A stretch of DNA of 64,000 nt from the NCBI GenBank assembly GCA_963803435.1, contig CAWDML010000015.1:32001-96000 (forward strand), given 5' to 3'. Numbering within the stretch: the stretch's first letter is position 1; the number at the start of each line of letters is the position of its first letter. Below the pieces are notes generated by a model. The model made no database searches. It had not been told where the DNA came from and worked only from the letters and a program-made list of their open reading frames with translations. Made by a program: the position numbers and the translations under genes. Of this stretch, positions 1 through 9,741 are shown in pieces. The DNA comes from an uncultured delta proteobacterium. Lineage in GTDB: Bacteria; Myxococcota; Kuafuiibacteriia; Kuafuiibacteriales; Kuafuiibacteriaceae.

Positions 1-214
1 CGGTCCCGCTCATGGGAGACCGCGCGTAGATCTGCGCCCAGCAGAGGATCGCCTGCGAGAGCTCACCTCGGATGTGTTTGATCTTGGCGAAGAGATTCAG
101 GGCATCGAGATCCTCGGGCTGCTGCTCGAGCACCGCAGCGACCTCGCGTTGAGCCTCTTGAGCCTCGCCGAGCTCGATCAAAACACGAGCATGGATCAAC
201 CGGGTCTTGTCCAT
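1..214 (-). CDS. TPR-repeat protein, runs off the left edge (partial)
   Basis: Manual translation from ATG at 214: MDKTRLIHARVLIELGEAQEAQREVAAVLEQQPEDLDALNLFAKIKHIRGELSQAILCWAQ, a TPR-like pattern; not in the ORF track because it has no stop in the window. Confidence 0.6.
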   Translation of the reverse strand, partial: MDKTRLIHARVLIELGEAQEAQREVAAVLEQQPEDLDALNLFAKIKHIRGELSQAILCWAQIYARSPMSGT

Positions 215-432
215 GAGTGCGCTCGGCGATCGATCATCTTGCGACACTCCGGCACGCGCTCGATGGGGATCTCGAGCGTCTCGAGATAACCGTCATCGTA
301 TCGGATCAGCATCTGGCCGTCGTCGCTGACGGCCACGACGCAGGCTGTCCGAGGCACGAATGCACGCGGTTTGTACTCGTCTCCGATCAGCTTCTCTTCC
401 ATCTTGCCTTCCGACAAATGGAAGGGCGCCAC
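196..432 (-). CDS. Small hypothetical protein
   Basis: 78 aa ORF with natural composition, co-oriented with its neighbours; start uncertain. Confidence 0.45.
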   Translation of the reverse strand: MAPFHLSEGKMEEKLIGDEYKPRAFVPRTACVVAVSDDGQMLIRYDDGYLETLEIPIERVPECRKMIDRRAHSWTRPG

Positions 433-497
433 GCGATCGGCGCCCCTCCGAGTCGCTCACCTGTCCCGCGGAAACCGGTGAATGTCGCCGGTCATTC

Positions 498-872
498 CTA
501 GTAGAACTGCCTCATCATCGGATCCGTCACCAGGAAGGGGAACGTCTGGACGAACCGGGCGTAGGCCGTCGGATCGACCTGACGATACGGATCGAACGCG
601 CTGTGGCTCAAGCCGAACCCGGGCTGATAGCTCTGCTGGAACCACGGGGCCTGCTGGCCCCACAGGCTCTGCGGCTGCACTCCCGGGATGTGTCCCCCGA
701 TCCCGGAATGCGAGAGGCCGAAGCCGCCGAACTGCGAACCCGGGATCTGACCCGTGCGCGCAGACTGCAGACCATGCACGGACATCCGCACCTGGTTCAG
801 CGCCTCGATCGTCTGGTTGATCCGATCGTTGAGCAGCTGCAGCTTCTCGATGTCTACCTTTGCAGTCTCCAT
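498..872 (-). CDS. Hypothetical protein: N-terminal coiled-coil plus G/Q/S/F-rich low-complexity region with repeated GFGLSHS
   Basis: METAKVDIEKLQLLNDRINQTIEALNQVR; good RBS (AGGGAG) upstream; directly downstream of Hsp20. Confidence 0.75.
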   Translation of the reverse strand: METAKVDIEKLQLLNDRINQTIEALNQVRMSVHGLQSARTGQIPGSQFGGFGLSHSGIGGHIPGVQPQSLWGQQAPWFQQSYQPGFGLSHSAFDPYRQVDPTAYARFVQTFPFLVTDPMMRQFY

Positions 873-902
873 TGTTTCTCCCTTTGTCGAGCCCGGTACG
901 CC

Positions 903-1418
903 TCAGCGCACCGGGATGTCGCGCCCTTCTTGCGCGACGATCTTTTTGAGAATTCGCAGCTCGAGCACTCCGTTCGAGATCTGCGCGTTCACGTCGGCCG
1001 CCGTCGTGGCTTCCGGCAGCGGGACGACGCGTTGATACGGACCGAGCGAGTGTTCGGCGACGAGGAGCCGGGCCTTTTCGCGGAGCGGCTGGTGTTGTCC
1101 GATGACGAAGGCGAGGCGCCCCCGAACCTCGACATGCAGGCCTTCTTTCGAAACCCCCGGCATCTGCACGGCGACGATCAGCTCGTCGGTCGTCTCCCAA
1201 ACCGAGAGCGGCGGCGCGGTCGGCGGCGCTTCGGCGGTCTCGGCCGCCGGTTCGCCGAGCAACCTGCTGAGCCGCTCCACTTGCTCCTGTACATACTGCG
1301 ACGGATCCCGTTCAGCGGGGATCGGCGCGTACGGTCCGTTGGCTTTCGGAACGTCCTCGCCGGTCACCGCTCGATACAATCGCTCCACTTCTCCGATGGT
1401 CTCGTCGATTCCAAGCAT
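903..1418 (-). CDS. Hsp20/alpha-crystallin family small heat-shock protein
   Basis: PPLSVWETTDELIVAVQMPGV...GPYQRVVPLP...AQISNGVLELRI, a typical alpha-crystallin domain. Confidence 0.85.
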   Translation of the reverse strand: MLGIDETIGEVERLYRAVTGEDVPKANGPYAPIPAERDPSQYVQEQVERLSRLLGEPAAETAEAPPTAPPLSVWETTDELIVAVQMPGVSKEGLHVEVRGRLAFVIGQHQPLREKARLLVAEHSLGPYQRVVPLPEATTAADVNAQISNGVLELRILKKIVAQEGRDIPVR

Positions 1419-1430
1419 CCGCGCGCCTGT

Positions 1431-1446
1431 AACAAGGGGCGTGCCA
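1431..1446 (-). promoter_or_regulatory. Putative sigma-54 (-24/-12) promoter of the hsp20 operon
   Basis: Minus strand reads TGGCACG-CCCC-TTGTT versus consensus TGGCACG-N4-TTGC, 12 nt upstream of the ATG. Confidence 0.45.
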
Positions 1447-1581
1447 GGCGAACGCGCTGATCGCGGTGAGGTCGGTCGTGGGAAATCGTGAGGAGAGTCG
1501 AGCGTGCCTGCGCGCGTGCCAGCGCACGGTGTGGCGATGCGATCTGGTGCTTCGTGGCGAGAGCGTCGAAAGAGGTCGAGA

Positions 1582-2142
1582 TCAGTTCTGGATCGCAGCG
1601 ACCTTGTCGCCGTCGAAATGGACGATGATCGTGTCGAATCGGTTCCGCCAATACTTCCACTGATCGGAGTCGAGCCGCGGCGTCTCGTGGGCCGGCGGAT
1701 AGCCGATCGCGTAGATCACCGCCTGTCTCGACATGCCTTCGAAGACCTGTCCCTCTTTGATTCCCTTCCGGTCGAGGTCGCTGAGCTTCGCGAGATCGGC
1801 GTCGCTGCACTGCGTTCCAAAGATCCGATCCAAATGCTCGTCCACGCTCTCGACCATCAGCTTGCGCTGGAACTCGTAGACGTACGTGGCTCCATTGGCG
1901 GTGAACCTGGCCTGCTTGGCGTTGACCGAGGCGATCTTCACGGGCGTGCAGCGCGGGATGAGGCCGGGCTGCAGGTAGTTGGAGGAGTAGAGCTTCGAGC
2001 GCTGCTCGTCGGGATGGAGGTTCACGAGTGTGACGATGTTCGGCTGTCCCGTCAGGTGGTAGGCGACGGCGCCGCCCCCGCTCTTGCAGGCGGTCGCGGC
2101 CAGCGCAAGGCCCGCAACGAAGATCGAACTGCGTAGGTTCAT
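1582..2142 (-). CDS. Lipoprotein with a SmpA/BamE-like C-terminal region
   Basis: MNLRSSIFVAGLALAATA-C lipobox; C-terminal GMSRQAVIYAIGYPP...WKYW...VHFDGDKV. Confidence 0.7.
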   Translation of the reverse strand: MNLRSSIFVAGLALAATACKSGGGAVAYHLTGQPNIVTLVNLHPDEQRSKLYSSNYLQPGLIPRCTPVKIASVNAKQARFTANGATYVYEFQRKLMVESVDEHLDRIFGTQCSDADLAKLSDLDRKGIKEGQVFEGMSRQAVIYAIGYPPAHETPRLDSDQWKYWRNRFDTIIVHFDGDKVAAIQN

Positions 2143-2210
2143 ACGACGGCGTTGCGTAGGCGCGGCGCAGCTTCCGGTCAAGAGTGGTATGCTGCGGCCC
2201 CCGTTCGTCC

Positions 2211-5200
2211 ATGGCCGATTTCACCCATCTTCATCTGCATACGCAGTACTCGTTCTTGGACGGCGCGATCCACATGAAGGATCTGTGTCCACGGATCGCC
2301 GAGCTCGGGATGGAGGCATGCGCCATCACCGACCACGCGAACCTCTTCGGCGCGATCGACTTCTACCGGCGCGCCCGGGCCCAGGGGATCAAACCGATCC
2401 TCGGATTCGAGGCGTACGTGGCCGAGAAAGGTATGGCGGATCGCACCAGCCGGCGCGCGTTCCACCTGGTGCTGCTCGCCAAGAACCGGGTCGGGTACCA
2501 GAACCTCATGTACCTGGTGTCGATGGGGTACCGGGACGGCTTCTACTACAAACCCCGAATCGACAAGGCGCTCCTTCGGGAGCGATCGGAGGGGCTCTTC
2601 GCGCTCTCGGGATGCCTCGGAGGCGAGGTGGCGCAGGGCTGCATGGCGGGCGACCTCGACCACGCGCGCCAGGCCGTCCGCGAGTACAAGTCGACCTTCG
2701 CCCCGGAGCACTTCTTCCTCGAGCTGCAGCACACCGGGGTGGAGGAGCAGCGGATCGTCAACGATCACCTGAAGCAGCTCGCCTCCGACGAGGGCGTCCC
2801 CCTGATCGCCAGCAACAACTGCCACTACAAGATGCGGGATGACGCCGCGGCCCACGACGTGCTGATGGCGATCCAGCACCAGAAGAGCGTCAACGATCCC
2901 ACGCGCCGGCGGCAGCGCCACGACTCCTTCTACATCCGCTCCGCCGAGGAGATGGCCACGCTGTTCCGCGACTGCCGGGAGGCGATCGACAACACGCAGC
3001 GAGTGGTGGAGCAGATCGATCTCGAGCTCTCCCTGGGCACGCCGATGCTCCCCACCTTCGTGCCGGAGGACGGCACCGATCTCGAATCCCACCTGATCGA
3101 GCGCGCCCGCGCCGGCCTCGAGCGGCGATTCGGCGAGCTCCCGTACCAGGTCGATCGCGAGACCTACCGTGCACGCCTGGAGGAGGAGCTCGGCATCATC
3201 ATCGGGATGAAGTTCCCCGGCTACTTCCTGATCGTCGCCGACTTCATCAACTGGGCCAAAAAGAGCGACATCCCGGTGGGCCCCGGCCGAGGCTCCGGTG
3301 CCGGCTCGCTGGTGGCGTACGCGCTGCGCATCACCGATCTCGACCCGCTTCCGTACGCGCTGCTCTTCGAGCGCTTCCTCAACCCGGAGCGCGTCAGCAT
3401 GCCGGACTTCGACGTCGACTTCTGCCAGGAGCGGCGCCACGAGGTCATCGACTACGTCACCGCGAAGTACGGCGAGACCAAAGTCGGCCAGATCGCGACC
3501 TTCGCGCAGATGAAGGCGAAGTCGGTGATCAAGGACGTGGCGCGCAGCCTCGAGGTCCCGTTCACCGAGGTCAACGAGCTGACCAAGCTGCTCCCGAACA
3601 CGTACAAAGACGAGAAGGGGAACGTCAAACCGATCACCATCGACAAGGCGCTGGAGATCGAACCGAAGCTGCGCATGCTCCAGGAGGAGAAGCCGGTCTA
3701 CAAGAAGGTCATCCAGATCGCACAGAAGCTGGAGGGGCTCTACCGGCAGGCCGGCATGCACGCGGCCGGGATCGTGATCGCGGACGCTGATCTGTGGGAC
3801 GTGGTCCCGATCTTCCAGGGCAACGACGGCGAGCTGATCACGCAGTTCTCGATGTCCGACGTCGAGGACGCCGGCCTGGTCAAGTTCGACTTCCTGGGCC
3901 TGAAGACCCTCGACGTCATCTATCACGCCGAACGCCACGTGAACCGGAGGCTCGAGGAGGAGCTGGAGCGGGGCGACGCGGCGGCGCTGGTTGCGCATCC
4001 GCACCTGGCACGGCTCGTTCGCATCGGCGGAGGCGCTCGGCGCGAAGCTCGCGGCGAAGGAAGTGGGGCTCGAGGAGCTCCAGCTTCGATGCAGCCGCCT
4101 GGCGCTGGACGATCCCAAGGTCTACAAGCTCATCGGCCGCGGCGTGACGCTCGGCGTGTTTCAGCTCGAGTCCACCGGCTTCCAGGAGCTCCTCAAGAAG
4201 CTGAAGCCGGACTGCTTCGAAGACATCGTCGCGGCGGTCGCGCTCTATCGACCGGGTCCGCTCCAGACCGGCATGGTCGACGACTTCATCGACTGCAAGC
4301 ACGGCCGCCGATCCGTCCGCTATCCGCACGCGACGCTGGAAGAGGTGCTCAAGCCCACCTACGGCGGCTTTGTCTACCAGGAGCAGGTGATGCAAGCGGC
4401 GCAGGTCATGGCGGGCTACAGCCTGGGCGCCGCCGACCTCCTCCGCCGCGCGATGGGCAAGAAGAAGGCCGACGCGATGGCGAAGGAGCGGTCGAAGTTC
4501 GTCGCCGGCTGTCTCGAGCGCAAGATCTCGCAGCAGCAGGCGGGCGACGTCTTCGACCTCATGGAGAAGTTCGCGGGCTACGGCTTCAACAAGTCGCACA
4601 GCGCCGCGTACGCGCTCGTCACGTTCCAGACCGCGTACCTCAAGACGTATTATCCGACCGAGTTCATGGCGGCCCTCCTGTCGACGGAGGCCAACAACAC
4701 CGAGAACATCGTCAAGTACATCGCCGAGACGCGCTCGATGGGGACGGAGGTGCTGCCGCCGACGGTCAACGACTCGGACATTTCGTTCACCGTCGCTGGC
4801 GAGAAGATCCGCTTCGGTCTGGGCGCGGTGAAGGGGCTCGGCGGCGCGGCGCTGGAGGCGCTCCTCGAGGCCCGCGACCGCGGCGGGCCGTTCCTCTCGC
4901 TGTACGACTTCTGCGAGCGGGTGCCGCTGAAGCAGCTCAACAAGAAGACGCTGGAGACGCTGGTCAAGTCGGGCGCGTTCGATTGCTTCGGCCGCCCGCG
5001 CGCGCGGCTGATGGAGGCGCTCGATCGCGCGATCGAGGCCGCGCGCTCCACGCAGAAGGCCGAGGCGGCGGGACAGGCCTCGCTCTTCTCGGCGCCGTCG
5101 TTGTCGAAGGACGTCAAGCCGCGCGAGGTATACGACGACACCATCCTCGAGTGGCCGGAGCTCGAACGGCTGAAGCTCGAGAAGAGTGCCCTCGGGTTCT

Positions 5201-5808
5201 ACGTCTCGGGCCATCCACTCGATCGCTACCAGGACGATCTGCGGCGCCTCGCCAACGCCGCGATCGGCGATCTCCCGAAGCGACCGAACCGCGCCGAGAC
5301 CACGATCGGCTGCGTGGTGACGGCGCTTCGGGAGATGCCGGTTCGCGACGGCTCGGGACGCCGCGCCTTCGTCAGCATCGAGGATCGCACCGGCGCGCTG
5401 GAGATGCTGGTACCGGTCAACGTCTACGAGCAGATCTCGCTGGTGCTGAAGTCGGATCTGCCGCTCGTGATCAAGACGATCGTGTTCCAGGATCGGGACG
5501 AGGACGGCAACCAGGCCACCCGGGTCCGCTGTCTGGGCGCTCGCACGCTCGCTGAAGCCCGCAAGGAGCGGACCAAGTCGATCGTCATCACCGTCGATCA
5601 GGCGCAGCTGGACGAGCGCCGGCTCTCGGCCTTGAGGACGATGTTCGAGCAGAGCCCCAACGGTTGTCCGGTCCGGGTCGTGGTCCAGATCCCCAAGGTG
5701 GCGGAGGTGGAGCTGTCGCTCCCGCCGAAGATGACCCTAGAGGCGAGCGACGAGACCGTGGATCGGGTGGAGCGGCTGTTCGGGATCGGCGCGACCCGCT
5801 TCTCTTGA
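2211..5808 (+). CDS. dnaE: DNA polymerase III alpha subunit, with one +1 frameshift near 3990-4100 in this assembly
   Basis: PHP motif FTHLHLHTQYS, GPGRGSGAGS, PDFDVDF and KFDFLGLKTL in the first frame; GVFQLES, LYRPGPL, YGFNKSHSAAY and OB fold in the second; ~1198 aa if one base is removed. Confidence 0.93.
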
Positions 5809-5809
5809 T

Positions 5810-5931
5810 TCGATCACGGCCCGGACGGCAAAGCCCACACCCAAAACGCGACACGGGGGGGGCCGTACCGGAGGCCCGCTCCGGCAGGAGAGACCGGGTT
5901 CGAGTGCTCTGCCGCCCGGGACCATGATCGA
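5810..5931 (-). ncRNA. Candidate structured RNA or long 3'-UTR hairpin (122 nt) between convergent dnaE and histidine kinase genes
   Basis: Arms 5810-5848 and 5898-5931 are inverted repeats; all five substitutions between arms form G-U pairs on the minus strand; apical CCGGAG/CTCCGG hairpin. Confidence 0.45.
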
Positions 5932-6039
5932 GGAAACCGGGACGACCAGGAGCAGGATGTGGGCCAGGCTGCGGGGCTCGGCGATCGCGGTCCACGGCCC
6001 ACCGATCGGGCGCCGGGTGATCGGATCGGGAACGTCGGG

Positions 6040-7401
6040 TCACTCGAGGACGGGGAAGGAGATCCGGAACGTGGTTCCCTTGCCGGAGACGCTGCGGAAG
6101 TCGAGCTCGCCCTCGTGGGCCTCGACGATCTTCTTCGAGATGTCGAGCCCGAGGCCCAGCCCCTTGTCCTTCTTGGTGGTGAAGAACGGCTCGTAGATGT
6201 GCGCCTGAACGTCCTCCGGGATGCCGCTGCCGTTGTCGGCCACGTGGAGGTAGGCCCGATCCCCCTCGCGCTTGACGCGGATCTGGATCCGACCGCCGCG
6301 GTCGGGGAGGGCGTCGGCCGCGTTCCGGATCAGATTGATCAACACCTGCCGGAACCCTTTGGCGTCGAGCTTCACCAGCGGTCGATCCTCGATCGTGAGC
6401 GAGACCTCGCCCTTCTTGACGGAGCGATCGCACTGCATGAAGCGGAGGACGCCCTCGACCACGCCGCCGAGGTCGTGCGGCTCCATCCGATAGCTGGACT
6501 CGGAGCCGCTGACGAAGTTCCGGATCTCGCCCACCAGGTCGAGGATGTGCTGCTGGGCTTCGAGCATCATCTCGGCGGCATCTTGGATCTGCTGATCGGC
6601 CGGGTATCGCTTCGCGATCATGTCGGCGAGCATGAACGGGCCCAGGTGGTTCTTCACCTCGTGCGCGATCCCGGTGGCCAGGCGCCCCACCGCTGCCAGC
6701 TGCTCCGACTTGATCAGGCGGTCCTGCGCCTCGAGCAACCTGGCCTGCGCCTCCTCGAGCTCGCGGATCGTCAGCTCCCGTTTCTGCGCCAGCTCCAGGT
6801 TGTCGAGCGAGACGCCGACGGTCGAGGCAATCACCGATAGAAGGTCGAGATCGGGCTCGGAGAAGTGTGCCTTGAGGTGGCTACTCTCCAGCTCGATCAT
6901 CCCGCGGACGCGGTCGCTGACCAGGATGGGCACCGCCATCAGCGACCGCACGTCGGACAGAAACAGCGACTCCGCGCCTTGGAAACGCTCGTCGGCGGCA
7001 GCGTCGCGGCAGATGACACCGCAGCGCCGGCCCACGACGTGATCCGAGACGGTCTGGCTGATCGCGAACGCCTGGCTCGGATTGAGACGAGGCCCACGGT
7101 TGCGCGTGACCTCGATCTTGAGAGAGGCGGTCTCGTCGAGGAGCGCGACATAGCCTCGCGTGGCGCCGGTGACCTCGAGGACCAGGTCGAGTACCGCGGC
7201 CAACATCTGCTTCGGATCGTGCTCGCGCTGCATTCGCTTGCTGACCTCGTGAAGCACAGCGAAGTTGCGCGTCTGGCGGACGATCTGTTCGAGTCGTTCG
7301 GGACCGCCCTCGTAGAACTTCTCGGCGAGCAACGCGTCGAGGCTCGGCGCTTGCGCCTCCTCGACCGGCTTCACCAGCTGGGGCTCGTATCGGTCCGGCA
7401 T
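6040..7401 (-). CDS. GAF-domain sensor histidine kinase (NtrB-like)
   Basis: GAF region, H-box AHEVKNHL, N-box QVLINLIRNAADA, DNGSGI, FFTTK, GLGLGL. Confidence 0.9.
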   Translation of the reverse strand: MPDRYEPQLVKPVEEAQAPSLDALLAEKFYEGGPERLEQIVRQTRNFAVLHEVSKRMQREHDPKQMLAAVLDLVLEVTGATRGYVALLDETASLKIEVTRNRGPRLNPSQAFAISQTVSDHVVGRRCGVICRDAAADERFQGAESLFLSDVRSLMAVPILVSDRVRGMIELESSHLKAHFSEPDLDLLSVIASTVGVSLDNLELAQKRELTIRELEEAQARLLEAQDRLIKSEQLAAVGRLATGIAHEVKNHLGPFMLADMIAKRYPADQQIQDAAEMMLEAQQHILDLVGEIRNFVSGSESSYRMEPHDLGGVVEGVLRFMQCDRSVKKGEVSLTIEDRPLVKLDAKGFRQVLINLIRNAADALPDRGGRIQIRVKREGDRAYLHVADNGSGIPEDVQAHIYEPFFTTKKDKGLGLGLDISKKIVEAHEGELDFRSVSGKGTTFRISFPVLE

Positions 7402-7449
7402 ACGACTACGTTCTACTGAAAAGAACGCCTCCGCGCGACTCTATATCGT

Positions 7450-7478
7450 TTGTGTACTAAACTTTCGCATGCTATGGT
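7450..7478 (+). promoter_or_regulatory. Putative sigma-70 promoter for a leaderless ggpPS operon transcript
   Basis: TTGTGT-N17-TATGGT with extended -10 TG in an AT-rich spacer; ATG 7 nt downstream. Confidence 0.5.
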
Positions 7479-7485
7479 TATCGGA

Positions 7486-9741
7486 ATGCGAGCTTCATCC
7501 TCATTCACGCTCGCGACCGACCTGGATGGAACGCTGCTCGGAGGGCCCCAAGAGGCGCGTTCGGCGCTGGCGCTGGCGCTGGTCGACGCGCAGACGATCT
7601 TCGTGACGGGCCGGAGCGTGGAGACCGTCCGGCCGCTTCTCCTCGACCCCGTCATTCCCAAACCGGCCTACATCATTGCAGACGTCGGCGCGACCGTCGT
7701 CGACGCCAACACGTTCATGCCGGTGCAGCCGATCCAGGCCGAGATCGACGCGGCCTGGCCCGGGACCCATCGCGTCCTGGATGAGCTGGGACGGTTTTCC
7801 GGCCTGGTGCGCCAGGACGTTCCCCAGGAGCGCCGTTGCTCGTACTCGTTCGAGACCAGCTCGGTGGTGACGCGCGAGCTGAGAGAGGTCGTGCGCAACT
7901 TGGGTTGCGATCTCTTGATCTCCGCCGGCCGTTACCTCGACGTGCTGCCCCGCGGGGTCTCGAAGGGCAGCACGCTGCTGGCTCTGCTCGACCGGTTGGG
8001 GATGGACCGCAGCTGCGTGCTGGTCGCTGGTGACACGCTCAACGATCTCTCGATGTTCACCACCGGGCTGGCCGGCGTGGTGGTGCGGAACGCCGAGGCG
8101 GCGCTGGTCGACAGCGTCAAGGATCGAAGCGAGATCTACTTTGCCCGCGGCGACGGCGCCGCCGGTATCCTGGAGGCGCTCACCGAGCGCGGCTTCATCG
8201 CGCCGTTCTCCCGCGTTCGCCAGCGCCCGGAGCGCGTCGAGGCGAATCGGCAGCTGCTGATGGTCTACCATCGCCTGCCCTTCGAGGAGCAGCGGCGAGG
8301 GGACAAGACGATCCGTCGCTCGCCCAAGAGCCCGAACGGGATCATCCCCTCCCTCTTGGGTTTCTTCTCGGGCGGGCGGACCGGCGCCTGGATCGGCTGG
8401 TCCTTGCAGGAGCGTCGCGAGTCCCCGGGCTCGCCGATCCCGGGCTTCCAGCCGCGTGTGGAGGTCTCGTCCGCCTACCAAAACCTCACGGCCTCTCGGA
8501 TCGCGCTGACCAAGGAGGACGTGGAGCGGTTCTACAAGCGCTTCTCCAAGGAGGCGTTCTGGCCGGTCATCTTCAACTTCCCTAGCAAGGCGGTGTTCGA
8601 TCACGCGGAGTGGGAGCACTTCGTGGACATCAACCGGATCTTCGCCGAGCGCACTGCCGCCGAGGCCGAGCGGGGAGCGCTGGTCTGGATCCACGATTAC
8701 AACCTCTGGATGGTCCCCGGCTTCCTCCGCGCGCTCCGGCCCGATCTCCAGATCGCGTTCTTCCACCACACCGCGTTTCCCTCGCCCGACGTCTTCAACA
8801 TGCTTCCATGGCGCCAGCAGATCGTCGGGAGCCTGCTCCAGTGCGACTATGTCGGGTTCCACATCCCAAGGTACGTCGAGAACTTCGTCGACGTCGTCTC
8901 TTCGAACGCACCCGCCAAGGTGTTGACGCGCGTGCCGGCGGCCCCGCGGTTCATCACGTACGGATGCGCGCTGGGCGTCGACTCGATGGCCACCGAGCTC
9001 CAGGTCGGCGCCCGGCGTATCGGGCTGGGGGCCCACCCGGTCGGGATCGACGTCGACCGTATCCGGTCGCTCGTGAAGGAGCCGTCGATCGAGGCGCGCA
9101 TCCGCGAGATCCGCGCGCAGCTCTCGGGGCGGAAGGCGATCCTCTCCGTCGAGCGGCTCGACTATGTGAAGGGGCCGCTCCAGAAGATCGAGGCGTTCGA
9201 GCGGCTGCTCGAGTCGCACCCCGAGCTGATCGGAGAGGTCGTCCTGGTCAACGTGGTTACGCCGCCGGCGCCGGGGATGCAGGCGTACAAGTCGATCGGG
9301 GAGCGCCTCGACCAGGCGATCGGCCGCGTCAACGGCCGCTTCGCCCGGATCGACTGGACGCCGGTGCGCTACTTCCTGCGCGCGCTCCCGTTCGAGGAGG
9401 TGGTCGCGCATTACGCCGCCTGCGACGTCGCGTGGATTACGCCGCTGCGCGACGGGCTCAACCTGGTGGCGAAGGAGTACATCGCGGCCAAGCACGCGAG
9501 CAGCACCGAGGGCGTCCTGGTGCTCTCGGAGTTCGCCGGCGCCGCCGTGGAGCTCCACGGGGCTCTGCTCGCCAATCCGTACGACTCCACCAGCATGACC
9601 GACACGCTCCACTGCGCGCTGACGATGGATCCCAAGGAGCGATTCGAGCGCCAGCGCCGCCTCCAGCACATCGTGGAGCACAACGACGTCCGCCGCTGGG
9701 GAGACGACTTTCTGGGCGCGATCGACGGAGGCCCTGCTTGA
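7486..9741 (+). CDS. ggpS: Fused HAD-IIB phosphatase / GT20 glucosylglycerol-phosphate synthase (GgpPS type)
   Basis: N-terminal DLDGTL, TGR, KG and GDTLND HAD motifs; C-terminal YHRLP, SPNGIIPSL, WIHDYNLW, FFHHT, ERLDYVKG, RDGLNLVAKEY. Confidence 0.85.
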   Translation: MRASSSFTLATDLDGTLLGGPQEARSALALALVDAQTIFVTGRSVETVRPLLLDPVIPKPAYIIADVGATVVDANTFMPVQPIQAEIDAAWPGTHRVLDELGRFSGLVRQDVPQERRCSYSFETSSVVTRELREVVRNLGCDLLISAGRYLDVLPRGVSKGSTLLALLDRLGMDRSCVLVAGDTLNDLSMFTTGLAGVVVRNAEAALVDSVKDRSEIYFARGDGAAGILEALTERGFIAPFSRVRQRPERVEANRQLLMVYHRLPFEEQRRGDKTIRRSPKSPNGIIPSLLGFFSGGRTGAWIGWSLQERRESPGSPIPGFQPRVEVSSAYQNLTASRIALTKEDVERFYKRFSKEAFWPVIFNFPSKAVFDHAEWEHFVDINRIFAERTAAEAERGALVWIHDYNLWMVPGFLRALRPDLQIAFFHHTAFPSPDVFNMLPWRQQIVGSLLQCDYVGFHIPRYVENFVDVVSSNAPAKVLTRVPAAPRFITYGCALGVDSMATELQVGARRIGLGAHPVGIDVDRIRSLVKEPSIEARIREIRAQLSGRKAILSVERLDYVKGPLQKIEAFERLLESHPELIGEVVLVNVVTPPAPGMQAYKSIGERLDQAIGRVNGRFARIDWTPVRYFLRALPFEEVVAHYAACDVAWITPLRDGLNLVAKEYIAAKHASSTEGVLVLSEFAGAAVELHGALLANPYDSTSMTDTLHCALTMDPKERFERQRRLQHIVEHNDVRRWGDDFLGAIDGGPA

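Noticed and set aside
2211-5808. Intein-mediated split DnaE as in cyanobacteria
   Set aside because: No intein N- or C-terminal motifs; the halves overlap in adjacent frames
5856-5924. tRNA-like GGTTCGAGT and terminal ACCA
   Set aside because: The T-stem does not close (G instead of C after the loop) and there are no D or anticodon arms; better explained as part of the long hairpin
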